Below the pieces are notes generated by a model. It had not been told where the DNA came from and ran no database searches. It saw only the letters and a list, made by a program, of their open reading frames with translations. This document shows positions 48,429 through 58,026 of a stretch of 64,000 bases of DNA, one piece after another (within the stretch, counting starts at the first letter, position 1; every line of letters begins with the position of its first letter). This DNA is from Candidatus Magasanikbacteria bacterium RIFCSPHIGHO2_01_FULL_33_34. GTDB lineage: Bacteria; Patescibacteriota; Patescibacteriia; Magasanikbacterales; UBA922. The translations under genes and the position numbers were made by a program. The stretch lies in assembly GCA_001782825.1 (NCBI GenBank), contig MFPS01000009.1, forward strand, positions 122,102 to 186,101. The letters run 5' to 3'.

Positions 48429-48980
48429 TTATACGTCTCCAAGATTATTTCCCAAAAGTTCATCAAGTTTCTTGTCAATATCTTCCATTTTTATATTTTC
48501 AACTTTTGTTTCGGTATTTTCCTTTGATTTGGCCTCTGTTTTTACAGACTTTTTTACATCAATTTGATGACTAGCCTCTATGTCTTCTCTTGGTTTTACA
48601 ACTTCTTCATTAGTAGTAGTTTTTGTAGACTCTGTAGTGTCTCTTACAGTAACATCACTAATAGCGCTGATCTTGTCTGGAATAGACTCACTTGATCCAG
48701 CCAATTTCAGCACAACACGCAACATTTCACTCATCAAACCAAGATTTTCTCTAATAGTTTTAATATCTGTTGTTTCTGCATCAAAAGTACAAAGCTGAAA
48801 ATATCCATATCTAATATGTTTGATTGGATAAGCAATTCTACTTTTTCCCAAATCTTTCACTTTGATATCTGTTCCACCACCTTTTTGAACAGCTTCCTTC
48901 ACCTTATCTACCACCGGAACCACTTCATTTTCTGCCAAAGTTCCCGGCAAAATAAATAATAATTCGTATTGTTTTATCAT
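48429..48980 (-). CDS. rpsF: 30S ribosomal protein S6 with long C-terminal extension
   Basis: YELLFIL, LG..RIAYPIK...GYF; rpsF-ssb-rpsR synteny. Confidence 0.9.
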   Translation of the reverse strand: MIKQYELLFILPGTLAENEVVPVVDKVKEAVQKGGGTDIKVKDLGKSRIAYPIKHIRYGYFQLCTFDAETTDIKTIRENLGLMSEMLRVVLKLAGSSESIPDKISAISDVTVRDTTESTKTTTNEEVVKPREDIEASHQIDVKKSVKTEAKSKENTETKVENIKMEDIDKKLDELLGNNLGDV

Positions 48981-49068
48981 AATTTAATGTATATTCTTAT
49001 TAATCCGCTTTCTTGTCTATCCTTGGGATCGACCGACAAACAATAATCACAAATAATATAGTGGAAAT

Positions 49069-49097
49069 AATATACCATTATGATATAGAAATGTCAA
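49069..49097 (-). promoter_or_regulatory. Sigma70 promoter for rpsF-ssb-rpsR
   Basis: TTGACA-17-TATATT on the - strand. Confidence 0.65.
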
Positions 49098-49195
49098 TAG
49101 TTAACCATAATTTAATCTAAATAATAAACTAAAATACAAAATAGCAAAATTAGTAAAAATATGATATAATTTATTTGAATAAATATTGCTATTTT

Positions 49196-50923
49196 ATGCT
49201 TTCTCAAAAAATAATCACAAAAATACTCAAAGAAAAATACGGAATAAATGCAAAAGAACTTAATACCCATATTGCTACTGCCGAGAAACAAAAAAAAACT
49301 CTTGAACAATATGTACTTGATGAAAACATTGCTGACGAAGTAGAACTTTACTCAGAAGCAGCTATCAAACTCAAAATTCCTTTTGTTGCTCTAAAAGGAA
49401 GAGAAATAAAAAAAGAAATCTTAAATATTATTCCAGCACCTTTGGCCCAAACACACCAAATGGTTGTTTTTGCTACCACAAAAGAAGAAATGCAACTAGC
49501 AATGTTAGATCCAACTGATATTCAAACTATAGAATTTATCCAAAGAAAAACAAACTTGACCCCAAAAGTATATATAACCACACCCAGTGATATCAAAGAT
49601 GCGCTACGTCGATACCATGCTGATCTTGGAGATGACATGTCTATTGAACAACTCAAAGAAGGTCCATCAGTTGGTGCAAGTGATCTTAAAAAAGCCGCTG
49701 AAGAACTTCCTGTCGTAAATATTGTCAACAATATTTTAGAACATGCTGTTTTTGAAAACGCATCTGATATACATATTGAACCACAAGAAAAAGAAGTGAC
49801 TATACGCTATCGCATTGATGGTATCTTAAAAAATGTAATGACTCTACCAAAAACAATTCAAGGTGGTATTATTGCCCGTATAAAAATTCTTTCCAAACTT
49901 AAAATCGACGAACACATGTTACCTCAAGACGGAAGATTTAAAATAAAAATACAAGAAGACAAATTATCATTTCGTGTTTCTATTATACCAGTTTATGATG
50001 GTGAAAAAATCGTAATGCGTCTTTTGCACGAAGGACAAAAACCATTAAATCTAGACCAACTTGGATTTCTACCCGTACCAAAAAAGAAAGTAGAACGCGC
50101 CATAAAAAGTCCTCACGGAATGATACTAGTAACTGGCCCGACCGGTAGTGGTAAAACCACAACCCTATATTCTGTGCTTGGGTTACTTAACCGACCTGGT
50201 GTAAATATTTGTACTATAGAAGATCCAATTGAATATCATGTCCAAGGAATCAACCAAAGCCAAATAAATGTACGAGCTGGTTTTACTTTTGCCAGTGGTC
50301 TTCGTTCTTTTTTGCGTCAAGATCCTGATATTATTATGGTTGGAGAAATTCGTGACAAAGAAACTGCTGAAATTGCTATCCACTCAGCCATGACTGGACA
50401 TCTAGTACTCTCCACACTCCACACAAATGACGCACCTACAACTGTACCCCGTCTAATTGATATGGATATTCCACCTTTTTTAATAGCTTTTACAGCCAAC
50501 ATCATAATCGCTCAACGTTTAGTAAGAAAAATGTGTGAATTTTGCAAAAAAGAATTAGTCTTAGAAAAAGATGCGATTACTGAATTACAAAAAATATCCG
50601 ATACCAAAAAACTATTAGAACTTTTCAAAGAACATAATATTGAATTAAAAAAACAAGAAATAAACTTCGACTCATTTACATTTTATAGAGGTGAAGGTTG
50701 TCGACGATGCAACAATAGTGGATACAAAGGACGAATAGGTATTTATGAAGTACTTGAAATTGATAGTACCCTTACAAACAAAATCAATGAAGGAGCCAAT
50801 GCTGACGACATCAAAAAATATGCCATTGAAAAAGGTATGATTACTATGCTACAAGATGGACTTATCAAAGCCAAGCAAGGAGTCACAACTATAGAAGAAG
50901 TACTTAGAGCAACTAGAGAATAA
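49196..50923 (+). CDS. pilB: Type IV pilus assembly ATPase (PilB/GspE family)
   Basis: ASDIHIEP, PQDGR, GPTGSGKTTT, TIEDPIEY, LRQDPD, TGHLVLSTLHTND, CxxC/CxxC. Confidence 0.93.
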   Translation: MLSQKIITKILKEKYGINAKELNTHIATAEKQKKTLEQYVLDENIADEVELYSEAAIKLKIPFVALKGREIKKEILNIIPAPLAQTHQMVVFATTKEEMQLAMLDPTDIQTIEFIQRKTNLTPKVYITTPSDIKDALRRYHADLGDDMSIEQLKEGPSVGASDLKKAAEELPVVNIVNNILEHAVFENASDIHIEPQEKEVTIRYRIDGILKNVMTLPKTIQGGIIARIKILSKLKIDEHMLPQDGRFKIKIQEDKLSFRVSIIPVYDGEKIVMRLLHEGQKPLNLDQLGFLPVPKKKVERAIKSPHGMILVTGPTGSGKTTTLYSVLGLLNRPGVNICTIEDPIEYHVQGINQSQINVRAGFTFASGLRSFLRQDPDIIMVGEIRDKETAEIAIHSAMTGHLVLSTLHTNDAPTTVPRLIDMDIPPFLIAFTANIIIAQRLVRKMCEFCKKELVLEKDAITELQKISDTKKLLELFKEHNIELKKQEINFDSFTFYRGEGCRRCNNSGYKGRIGIYEVLEIDSTLTNKINEGANADDIKKYAIEKGMITMLQDGLIKAKQGVTTIEEVLRATRE

Positions 50924-50927
50924 TTTT

Positions 50928-52046
50928 ATGCCAAATAAACACAAAAAAAAAGAATTAAGCAAATTTGAAGAAAAATTAAATAATTTTGCTGCCAAATTTT
51001 CTAGAATTTCATTTGTTGAAAAGATTTTCTTTGTAGATCATTTGCGAACAATGATACATGCTAGTCTTTCTCTGATTGAAGCATTAGATATTTTGGGTAA
51101 AGAAATGGAAAGTAGAAAATTTAAAGGCATAATTTTGAAAGTAAAAAGTGAAGTAGAAAAAGGTAGGCAATTAAGTGAGGTGTTAGCAGAATATCCAAAA
51201 GTTTTTCCTCCAATTTATGTCAAAATGATTTCCTCCGGTGAATTATCTGGTAAATTAGACGAATCCCTTGAACAAATTGTGGTGCAAATGAAAAAAACCC
51301 AACAATTAATCTCCAGTATTCGTGGGGCTATGATTTACCCAAGTGTAATTATTATTGCAATAGTTGGCGTTGCAATCTTTATGATGATTGCAGTATTACC
51401 AAAAATGTTATCACTATTTTCAGAATTTGATGCCGAATTACCACTAGCTACAAAAATCTTAATCAAAGTCACTCATTTTTTCAATCAACCACTTAACCTA
51501 GTTTTACTATTTGGTGGAATTTTTGTTTTTGTAATATTTTTTATTTATTCTCTACGAAAATTTCCTAGATTTAAAAAGATTATTCATACCATGAATTTAA
51601 ATTTGCCTATCATTGGCCATGTTATCAAACAAATTAATCTAGCCAGATTTTCCTTAACGCTTTCATCTCTTTTAAAAAGTACCATCCCTATAATTGATGC
51701 TATGGATATTACAGCTGATACTTGCACAAACTTACAATACCAAATATCCCTGCACAAGACTGCATTAGAAATAAAAACTGGACGCCCCCTATCTGAACTT
51801 TTGGCAGAATATGATAAACTATATCCACCGATGGTAACAGAAATGATCATGGTTGGCGAAAGGTCTGGTCAAGTTGATCAACTTTTAAACGAATTATCAG
51901 AATTTTATGGATCAGAAGTTGATAATACCATGAAAAATTTTGCCCAAATAATAGAGCCAATTATTATTATAGTATTAGGGTTTGCTGTAGCTGGTATCGC
52001 GGTTGCGATTATTATGCCAATGTACTCCCTAGTAGAAGCCGTATAA
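50928..52046 (+). CDS. pilC: Type IV pilus platform protein (PilC/GspF)
   Basis: GELSGKLD, AMIYP, MI.VGE.SG, IEP, IIMPMY. Confidence 0.93.
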   Translation: MPNKHKKKELSKFEEKLNNFAAKFSRISFVEKIFFVDHLRTMIHASLSLIEALDILGKEMESRKFKGIILKVKSEVEKGRQLSEVLAEYPKVFPPIYVKMISSGELSGKLDESLEQIVVQMKKTQQLISSIRGAMIYPSVIIIAIVGVAIFMMIAVLPKMLSLFSEFDAELPLATKILIKVTHFFNQPLNLVLLFGGIFVFVIFFIYSLRKFPRFKKIIHTMNLNLPIIGHVIKQINLARFSLTLSSLLKSTIPIIDAMDITADTCTNLQYQISLHKTALEIKTGRPLSELLAEYDKLYPPMVTEMIMVGERSGQVDQLLNELSEFYGSEVDNTMKNFAQIIEPIIIIVLGFAVAGIAVAIIMPMYSLVEAV

Positions 52047-52055
52047 AATTATAAA

Positions 52056-53159
52056 ATGTTTTTCAATCCTTTCCCACACGCAATTGGTCTTGACATAAGC
52101 GATCTATCAATCAAGATGGTCCAGCTTAATAATATCTCCAAACTAAAAAAAGGAAAGACTTTTGAGCTAATCAATGCAAAAAGTACACAACTTCCCCACG
52201 GACTAATAGTTAATGGCGAACTAGAAAAACCAGAAGCTGTTAGAAAATATCTACTTCACTTATTTGAAAAAAATGATAAAAAAGAAAAATTTTATAAAAC
52301 CCCATGGGTAGTGGCTTCTATTCCTGACAAACACGGCTTTATTAAACTCATTCAATTAGCCAAAGAACCAAATGACATAATTGAAGAAGATATTATTATT
52401 GCCTCTCAGAAACATGTTCCCTTCCAAGAAAACGATTATTACCTAGATTGGCAAATAGTTCCAAGCCACCATCATGATGGCATCCAATATACAAATATAT
52501 TATTAGCAAGTATACCCAAAAATATTGCCAACATGTACACATATCTGTTAGAAAGTGTAGGGCTAGCAGTCATTGCCTTAGAATTAGGCGCGCTCTCCAC
52601 TGCAAGATCTATGATAACTGCCAACAAAGATTATGTAGATGAAGGACGGGCTATATTATATATTGGGGCAACAGAATCTACTCTTACTGTCTATGATCAT
52701 GATCATGTTCAATTTAGCAAATCATTAAATTATTCTGGAGAAATACTTACAACTGCCATTGCTCAAAATCTACACATTTCCTATGATGAAGCAGAAATGA
52801 AAAAAAAGGCTTATGGACTGGCCTATTCAAAAAATAAAAGCTGGCCAATACTTGCTGAACAAACAGACAAATTCATAAAAGAAATTGAAGGGGTACTAGA
52901 ATTTTATGCCACTCACTTTCCTGTAACTAACAAAATAAATCATATTACAATGTGTGGTGGAGGATCTGCAATGAAAGGACTAGACAAAGTACTTACAGAA
53001 AAATTAAAAATAGAATCAAGCCCAGGAAAAGTTTGGAAAAATCTACATTCACCAAAACCAATCGATATAGATGCAAATAAATCTCTCCGTTTTGCTAAAG
53101 CCATAGGTCTTTCACTCCGAGCAGCCAGTAATCCTTTTTTTGACAATAACTATATCTAA
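52056..53159 (+). CDS. pilM: Type IV pilus assembly protein PilM
   Basis: IGLDISD.SIK, CGGGS..GL, AIGLSLR actin-like motifs. Confidence 0.88.
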   Translation: MFFNPFPHAIGLDISDLSIKMVQLNNISKLKKGKTFELINAKSTQLPHGLIVNGELEKPEAVRKYLLHLFEKNDKKEKFYKTPWVVASIPDKHGFIKLIQLAKEPNDIIEEDIIIASQKHVPFQENDYYLDWQIVPSHHHDGIQYTNILLASIPKNIANMYTYLLESVGLAVIALELGALSTARSMITANKDYVDEGRAILYIGATESTLTVYDHDHVQFSKSLNYSGEILTTAIAQNLHISYDEAEMKKKAYGLAYSKNKSWPILAEQTDKFIKEIEGVLEFYATHFPVTNKINHITMCGGGSAMKGLDKVLTEKLKIESSPGKVWKNLHSPKPIDIDANKSLRFAKAIGLSLRAASNPFFDNNYI

Positions 53160-53172
53160 ATAATTTTATACC

Positions 53173-53700
53173 ATGTATCCACTACGAATAAATTTACTTT
53201 CTACTGAAAAAAGAAAATATCTCAACAAGATGATATATGTTCAGTTCGTAAAAAATACATTTATTAGTATTGTATTTGTATTTTGTTTATCTGGTATAAC
53301 CTTACTCGGTTGTCAATCAGTATTACAAGAATATTTTAGTGATGTCAGCAACAGCTTAACACTATCTGATAGTATGCATGCAGAAAAAAATAAAAACATT
53401 CAAGCAGTAAATGAAACCTTAAAAAAAGTAGAAGCTATGCAAGAAGTTCATAATCTTTGGTCACAAAAAATTATAAAGCTTGGTAATGCCATACCTACTG
53501 ACATAATTATCAACAATATACTAATAGTCAATCAAAATAAAGAAATAAATATATCTGGCACAGCGCTTAGCCGTACTGCTCTATTAGAACTTAAAGATAA
53601 TTTTAATAATTTAGATTTTATTAATAATATAAATATACCCTTATCTCAACTTACCGAAAAAGAAAATATAGATTTCTCAATAAGTATAGAAATGAAATAG
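53173..53700 (+). CDS. PilN-like protein
   Basis: RINLL PilM-binding motif, one TM, I.ISG.A. Confidence 0.8.
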   Translation: MYPLRINLLSTEKRKYLNKMIYVQFVKNTFISIVFVFCLSGITLLGCQSVLQEYFSDVSNSLTLSDSMHAEKNKNIQAVNETLKKVEAMQEVHNLWSQKIIKLGNAIPTDIIINNILIVNQNKEINISGTALSRTALLELKDNFNNLDFINNINIPLSQLTEKENIDFSISIEMK

Positions 53701-53701
53701 T

Positions 53702-54280
53702 ATGAAAAAAATAAACTTAAAAAATCAAATGATTACAGTAACTGTTGTTATTATTATTTTAAGTTTTGTAATTATTTTTCTAGTGATCATACCTGTAATA
53801 AAAAATATTATAGAATTACGAACAGATATTACCGGTACTCAACAATTTCTTGAAAATCAATATGAAAAAACTCAGAGAATGCGTCGTTCCGTCCACAATC
53901 TAGATGATATTCTAATACAAATAGAAAAATTTAAAAACATATCAGTAACAAGTAACTCTGAACTACAAATAATCACCCAACTTGAACAACTAGCCAACAA
54001 GCACAATGTAAATCAAGTTCTTAAAGCCACACTAAAAGAAGGAGAAAATAAAAATCCTATTATAGAAGAACTCCCTTCTCTACTAAAAGGAAAAGATTAC
54101 TATATTTTTTCATTTAATACTGAAGGAAATTATATAGATCTAATGAAATATTTAAAAGAAATTGAAGAACTTCCTTATTACTTTAGCATAAACTCTTTGC
54201 AATTATCTCAAAAAAACCAACTTAGCCCGACAATACTAAAATTTGATGCTATATTATTCATCCTCGATCATGAAAAATAA
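53702..54280 (+). CDS. PilO-like protein
   Basis: TM plus coiled coil, GNY..L..YL..IE.LP. Confidence 0.78.
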   Translation: MKKINLKNQMITVTVVIIILSFVIIFLVIIPVIKNIIELRTDITGTQQFLENQYEKTQRMRRSVHNLDDILIQIEKFKNISVTSNSELQIITQLEQLANKHNVNQVLKATLKEGENKNPIIEELPSLLKGKDYYIFSFNTEGNYIDLMKYLKEIEELPYYFSINSLQLSQKNQLSPTILKFDAILFILDHEK

Positions 54281-54680
54281 TATGAATTTCCGTAATATAT
54301 TGAGTAAAATTAAATTAAAAAAATCTACAGAAAACCCCACTAATAAAAATAGTGACTCAAAATCTGTTATAAAAGACAAACGAAATAGACCAATATTTAT
54401 TTTAAGATTATTGAGTTATTTTGTTATATTTTTGTTACTCTTAGCAATAATGCTCACTGTTATTTTTGTACATTCAAGTATTACAAATTCCATCGGTCAA
54501 ATTGAATCTATTGCTTCATATCAAAATAAAATTCATATAGAATTAATTGATTTTAATGCCCTAGAAAAAACAGAGGAATATTGGCAAGAAAAAGTTAAAT
54601 CTGAATTAACCCCAATAGAAAGAAATCCTTTCTTGGAAACTATAATAGAAGTAACTACTACCACTGAATTATTAGAATAA
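54270..54680 (+). CDS. Single-TM protein at the PilP position
   Basis: TM and RNPF motif; follows the pilO-like gene. Confidence 0.6.
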   Translation: MKNNMNFRNILSKIKLKKSTENPTNKNSDSKSVIKDKRNRPIFILRLLSYFVIFLLLLAIMLTVIFVHSSITNSIGQIESIASYQNKIHIELIDFNALEKTEEYWQEKVKSELTPIERNPFLETIIEVTTTTELLE

Positions 54681-54698
54681 TATTGATTATTAAACAAG

Positions 54699-55829
54699 AT
54701 GAATAAATATTTATTTTTTTTAGGCATTCACCCAGAACTATCTACCGCTGAGATAAGAGCGGTTTTTTCTGCTGACAGTATTAAATATAATATAGACAAA
54801 CTCACAAAAAAATATCTTTTTATTTCAACCACAAATAAATTAAATGAAGTAAGTTTAATAAGTAGATTAGGTGGTACAATAAAAATAGCAAAATTAATAG
54901 ATGAAAAAAATAATACTTTAAGCCTAGTGGATTTCCTAATGAATGCCCAACCAGAAGGCAAAATACAATTTTCTATCACAGGAGCTGGAAACAAAGAACC
55001 GCTTGCTGTAAAACAAGCGCTAAAAAACAAAGGTAGAAGTGTCAGATACGTTGAAATAAAAAATACTGCCAGCATTCTTCATAATAATTTAATTAAAAAA
55101 CGTGGTGATATAACAATCATAGATAATAAAGCTTATATTACTGTGGCCATACAGCCTATTTATGAAATGAGCAAACGTGATTTTGATAGACCCGGAGTCG
55201 ACAGTTTCAGTGGTATGCTACCACCAAAACTTGCGCGTATGATGATTAACCTTAGTGACGCACCCTTTGGCTCTACCATACTTGATGCTTTTTGCGGATC
55301 AGGAACAGTTCTTACAGAAGCGCTTGCCATAGGGTATCATAATATTTATGGTAGTGACATATCAAAAAAAGCAATTGAAGATAGTGAAGCAAATATAGAA
55401 TGGTATATAAATGAAAAAAATTTAACCAAAATAAAATATAAATTATTTTTATCAGATTCCGCTAATTTAGCGGATATAATAGAAAAAAATTCTATTCAAT
55501 CAATTATTTCTGAACCTTTTATGGGCAAGCCATTGCATGGCAATGAACATGAAAAAAATTTACAAAAACAAGCAAAAGAACTTGCTCAATTATATATAAA
55601 TTCATTTACTGCATTTCACAAAATTTTACGTTATGATGGTACTATAATTTTTATTATTCCATCATTTAAATCAGGAAATAAATGGATAAAAATTGATTGT
55701 ATTGATGAGATAAAAAAAATAGGTTTTAATATTGAACCTCTTTCAGAAAATTCTCCCTATCTTAGATATATGAGAGAAGACCAACATCTAGCTCGTGATA
55801 TATGGAAATTTACAAAAAACAATCAATAA
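54699..55829 (+). CDS. Trm11/Trm14-like (UPF0020) RNA methyltransferase
   Basis: GMLPPKLARMMIN, LDAFCGSGT, GSDIS, SEPF. Confidence 0.8.
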   Translation: MNKYLFFLGIHPELSTAEIRAVFSADSIKYNIDKLTKKYLFISTTNKLNEVSLISRLGGTIKIAKLIDEKNNTLSLVDFLMNAQPEGKIQFSITGAGNKEPLAVKQALKNKGRSVRYVEIKNTASILHNNLIKKRGDITIIDNKAYITVAIQPIYEMSKRDFDRPGVDSFSGMLPPKLARMMINLSDAPFGSTILDAFCGSGTVLTEALAIGYHNIYGSDISKKAIEDSEANIEWYINEKNLTKIKYKLFLSDSANLADIIEKNSIQSIISEPFMGKPLHGNEHEKNLQKQAKELAQLYINSFTAFHKILRYDGTIIFIIPSFKSGNKWIKIDCIDEIKKIGFNIEPLSENSPYLRYMREDQHLARDIWKFTKNNQ

Positions 55830-55832
55830 ACT

Positions 55833-55860
55833 AAAATACTTCTCAAAAGAGAAGTATTTT
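55833..55860 (+). terminator. Intrinsic terminator
   Basis: AAAATACTTCTC-AAAA-GAGAAGTATTTT. Confidence 0.75.
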
Positions 55861-55877
55861 TAAATATAAATTTAAAT

Positions 55878-55993
55878 AAAAAAAGATTTGGTTTGTGGCC
55901 AAATCTCGAGAAACAATGTTTCTCGAGATTCGCTTCTATTTCCTATTTACTAAGACTTAGAAGTGAATCTCGATCAACAATTTATAGTTTCTT
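55878..55993 (-). ncRNA. Candidate structured small RNA (~115 nt)
   Basis: Near-consensus promoter upstream, no ORF, strong stems, ends in AGATTTGG-loop-CCAAATCT plus a U-run. Confidence 0.45.
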
Positions 55994-55999
55994 AAATAG

Positions 56000-56028
56000 A
56001 GTATAACCTATATATTATATTCTGTCAA
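56000..56028 (-). promoter_or_regulatory. Sigma70 promoter for the candidate sRNA
   Basis: TTGACA-17-TATACT on the - strand. Confidence 0.7.
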
Positions 56029-56036
56029 ATATCACA

Positions 56037-56045
56037 TGTGGATAA
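56037..56045 (-). promoter_or_regulatory. Consensus DnaA box (TTATCCACA)
   Basis: TGTGGATAA on +, 8 bp upstream of the -35. Confidence 0.4.
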
Positions 56046-56048
56046 CTT

Positions 56049-56765
56049 TCAAGCAAAGTATTTTTCAACTAATTGTCCTACTACATAACCCACAGACGCT
56101 GCAACCGATGCTAAAGCAAACATCTCAAACCCAGCTTTAAACCAATTTCTTTTGGAAAATTTTGTAGTATAAACACCCAATATAAAAAGAGAAATAAGAG
56201 TAAGTATAATAGAAGCATATATTGCATAAGGCAATCCAAATACAAAATAAGTTGAAACCGGTATAATTCCACCAAATAAATATGACAACAGCATAACAAA
56301 GCCATTTTTCAAAGGATTTTTCATTTTTTCGGGTATAATACCTAATTCTCTATAGGCCATTTCTTGTAAAAATAACTTCTCGTCCTTAGAGGCCACCTCA
56401 GCCATTTTTTCTGCCAATTCTTTTGGCCAACCATCAACCACATACATCCCTACCAGTTCTTTTTTCTCTTCCATAGGGAAATCATTCAACTCTTCCTTTT
56501 CTTCAGACAATTTTCTCTCATCAATACTTTTGACAGATTTACTAGACAAATAAGACCCAACTGCCATAGAAATTGACTCAACTGATATAATAACAAAACC
56601 AGAAAGTATTACTGTAAAATGACTACTGGTTGCCGCCGCAATACCAGTAATAGTCCCCAAAGTAGACACCATACCATCTTCCATACCAAAAACAAACTCA
56701 CTAAATGAATTATCTAATTTGGGATTTTTGTGATGGATATAATCTGGATTAAATTTTACAGTCAT
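56049..56765 (-). CDS. VIT1/CCC1 family iron/manganese transporter
   Basis: VFGMEDGMVS, SISMAVGSYLS, ELG, GGIIP. Confidence 0.9.
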   Translation of the reverse strand: MTVKFNPDYIHHKNPKLDNSFSEFVFGMEDGMVSTLGTITGIAAATSSHFTVILSGFVIISVESISMAVGSYLSSKSVKSIDERKLSEEKEELNDFPMEEKKELVGMYVVDGWPKELAEKMAEVASKDEKLFLQEMAYRELGIIPEKMKNPLKNGFVMLLSYLFGGIIPVSTYFVFGLPYAIYASIILTLISLFILGVYTTKFSKRNWFKAGFEMFALASVAASVGYVVGQLVEKYFA

Positions 56766-56829
56766 ATTTTATATTATAAATAATCTATATATAGTATATA
56801 TTAGTTATTACCAAAAAACAAAAAGAGAC

Positions 56830-58026
56830 CTACAAATATTTAGCAAATAAATCTAACCAATCTTCAATAAGCCGTGTAATCAAAAAATTTTCTTCTATAT
56901 ACTTTTTTCCTCTTTTTCCCAATTTAACTGCATGTTTTTTATCTTTTAAAATCTTTACTATACTATCTGCAAAACTTTTATAATCCAATGGATCATGCAA
57001 ATATCCAGACTCATTATTTATTATTTGCAATGGCATACCGCCTATATTTGAAGCTACAACTGGTGTAGATTTATAGGCTGCTTCAGATATTGTCAAAGCA
57101 AAACCTTCTCGTATAGATTTTTGAATAACCACACTAGCTTTGCTCTGTAGAGCATTTACAGTCAAATCATTATTTTTTACATTAACTAATATTTTTATAT
57201 CTTTTTTATTGGAAAATTTTTTGATATAAGAATAGACTTTTACACCTTCTGGGTCATCAGTGGCAGTATTACCTAGTAGCACCAATTGACAATCGCTTTT
57301 TTTCTTAACCATATCAAATATTTTTATCACACCTTCTGGATCTTTCCATTTGTCAAACCTAGAAATTTGAGTAATAATTGGCTTACTTAAGCTTATTGAC
57401 TGCTCAGATAAAATTTTATTTATTTGACTACTTGTTAATTTTCTATTTTTATCACTCAATGGATCTATAGCTGGATGTATAATATCTTGAGAATTAGACA
57501 AATCTTTTCTATAAGCTTCATCTGAAACTACCACTTGATCGTATTTATCAATATATTCAGATAAAAAATTCCATACTTTTTTATCTGAATTGGTTAAATC
57601 AATATGACATCTCCAAATCCACGGCTGTCTCTTTTTATAAAAGTTTATCAAAGCTAAAGGCTGTGGATCGTGTACAATAACCAAATCATGATTTAAATGT
57701 GTAAAAATAGAATATCTTTCATTAGTATTCAGATATATTTCTTTTTCATGTCTAGACAAATTTACTGGCGCACCTTGCAATGCATTGTGTAAAGACTTAG
57801 TTATAGCAAAAAAATCTGGAGATCCATGGATAATCCTCCAACCAAAATTAATCCCCAAATCATTAAATAAAATCACAAGGCTATTTAACATTTCTGCTAC
57901 ACCACCACCTTGATTAGTTGAACTAATACAAACAATTCTTTTATCCTTAAATTTCTTAGCTTTCTTTTTAAGATTGTTTATGACATCTTTCCCCACGATG
58001 TCTATATAATCATTAATTTTTATCAT
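56830..58026 (-). CDS. treT: GT4 glycosyltransferase, trehalose synthase TreT-like
   Basis: GGGVAEML, HNALQG, HDPQPL, WRCHID, PAIDPLS.KN, SRFDKWKDP, QKSIREGFALT. Confidence 0.8.
   Translation of the reverse strand: MIKINDYIDIVGKDVINNLKKKAKKFKDKRIVCISSTNQGGGVAEMLNSLVILFNDLGINFGWRIIHGSPDFFAITKSLHNALQGAPVNLSRHEKEIYLNTNERYSIFTHLNHDLVIVHDPQPLALINFYKKRQPWIWRCHIDLTNSDKKVWNFLSEYIDKYDQVVVSDEAYRKDLSNSQDIIHPAIDPLSDKNRKLTSSQINKILSEQSISLSKPIITQISRFDKWKDPEGVIKIFDMVKKKSDCQLVLLGNTATDDPEGVKVYSYIKKFSNKKDIKILVNVKNNDLTVNALQSKASVVIQKSIREGFALTISEAAYKSTPVVASNIGGMPLQIINNESGYLHDPLDYKSFADSIVKILKDKKHAVKLGKRGKKYIEENFLITRLIEDWLDLFAKYL

Noticed and set aside
49013-49039. S6:S18 autoregulatory leader upstream of rpsF
   Set aside because: A hairpin is present (TTGTC/GACAA with ATCC/GGAT), but the CCC is not in the internal loop as the motif requires; cannot be called without a covariance search
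55860-56048. Replication origin
   Set aside because: Only one DnaA box, no dnaA/dnaN nearby, and no visible change in strand skew
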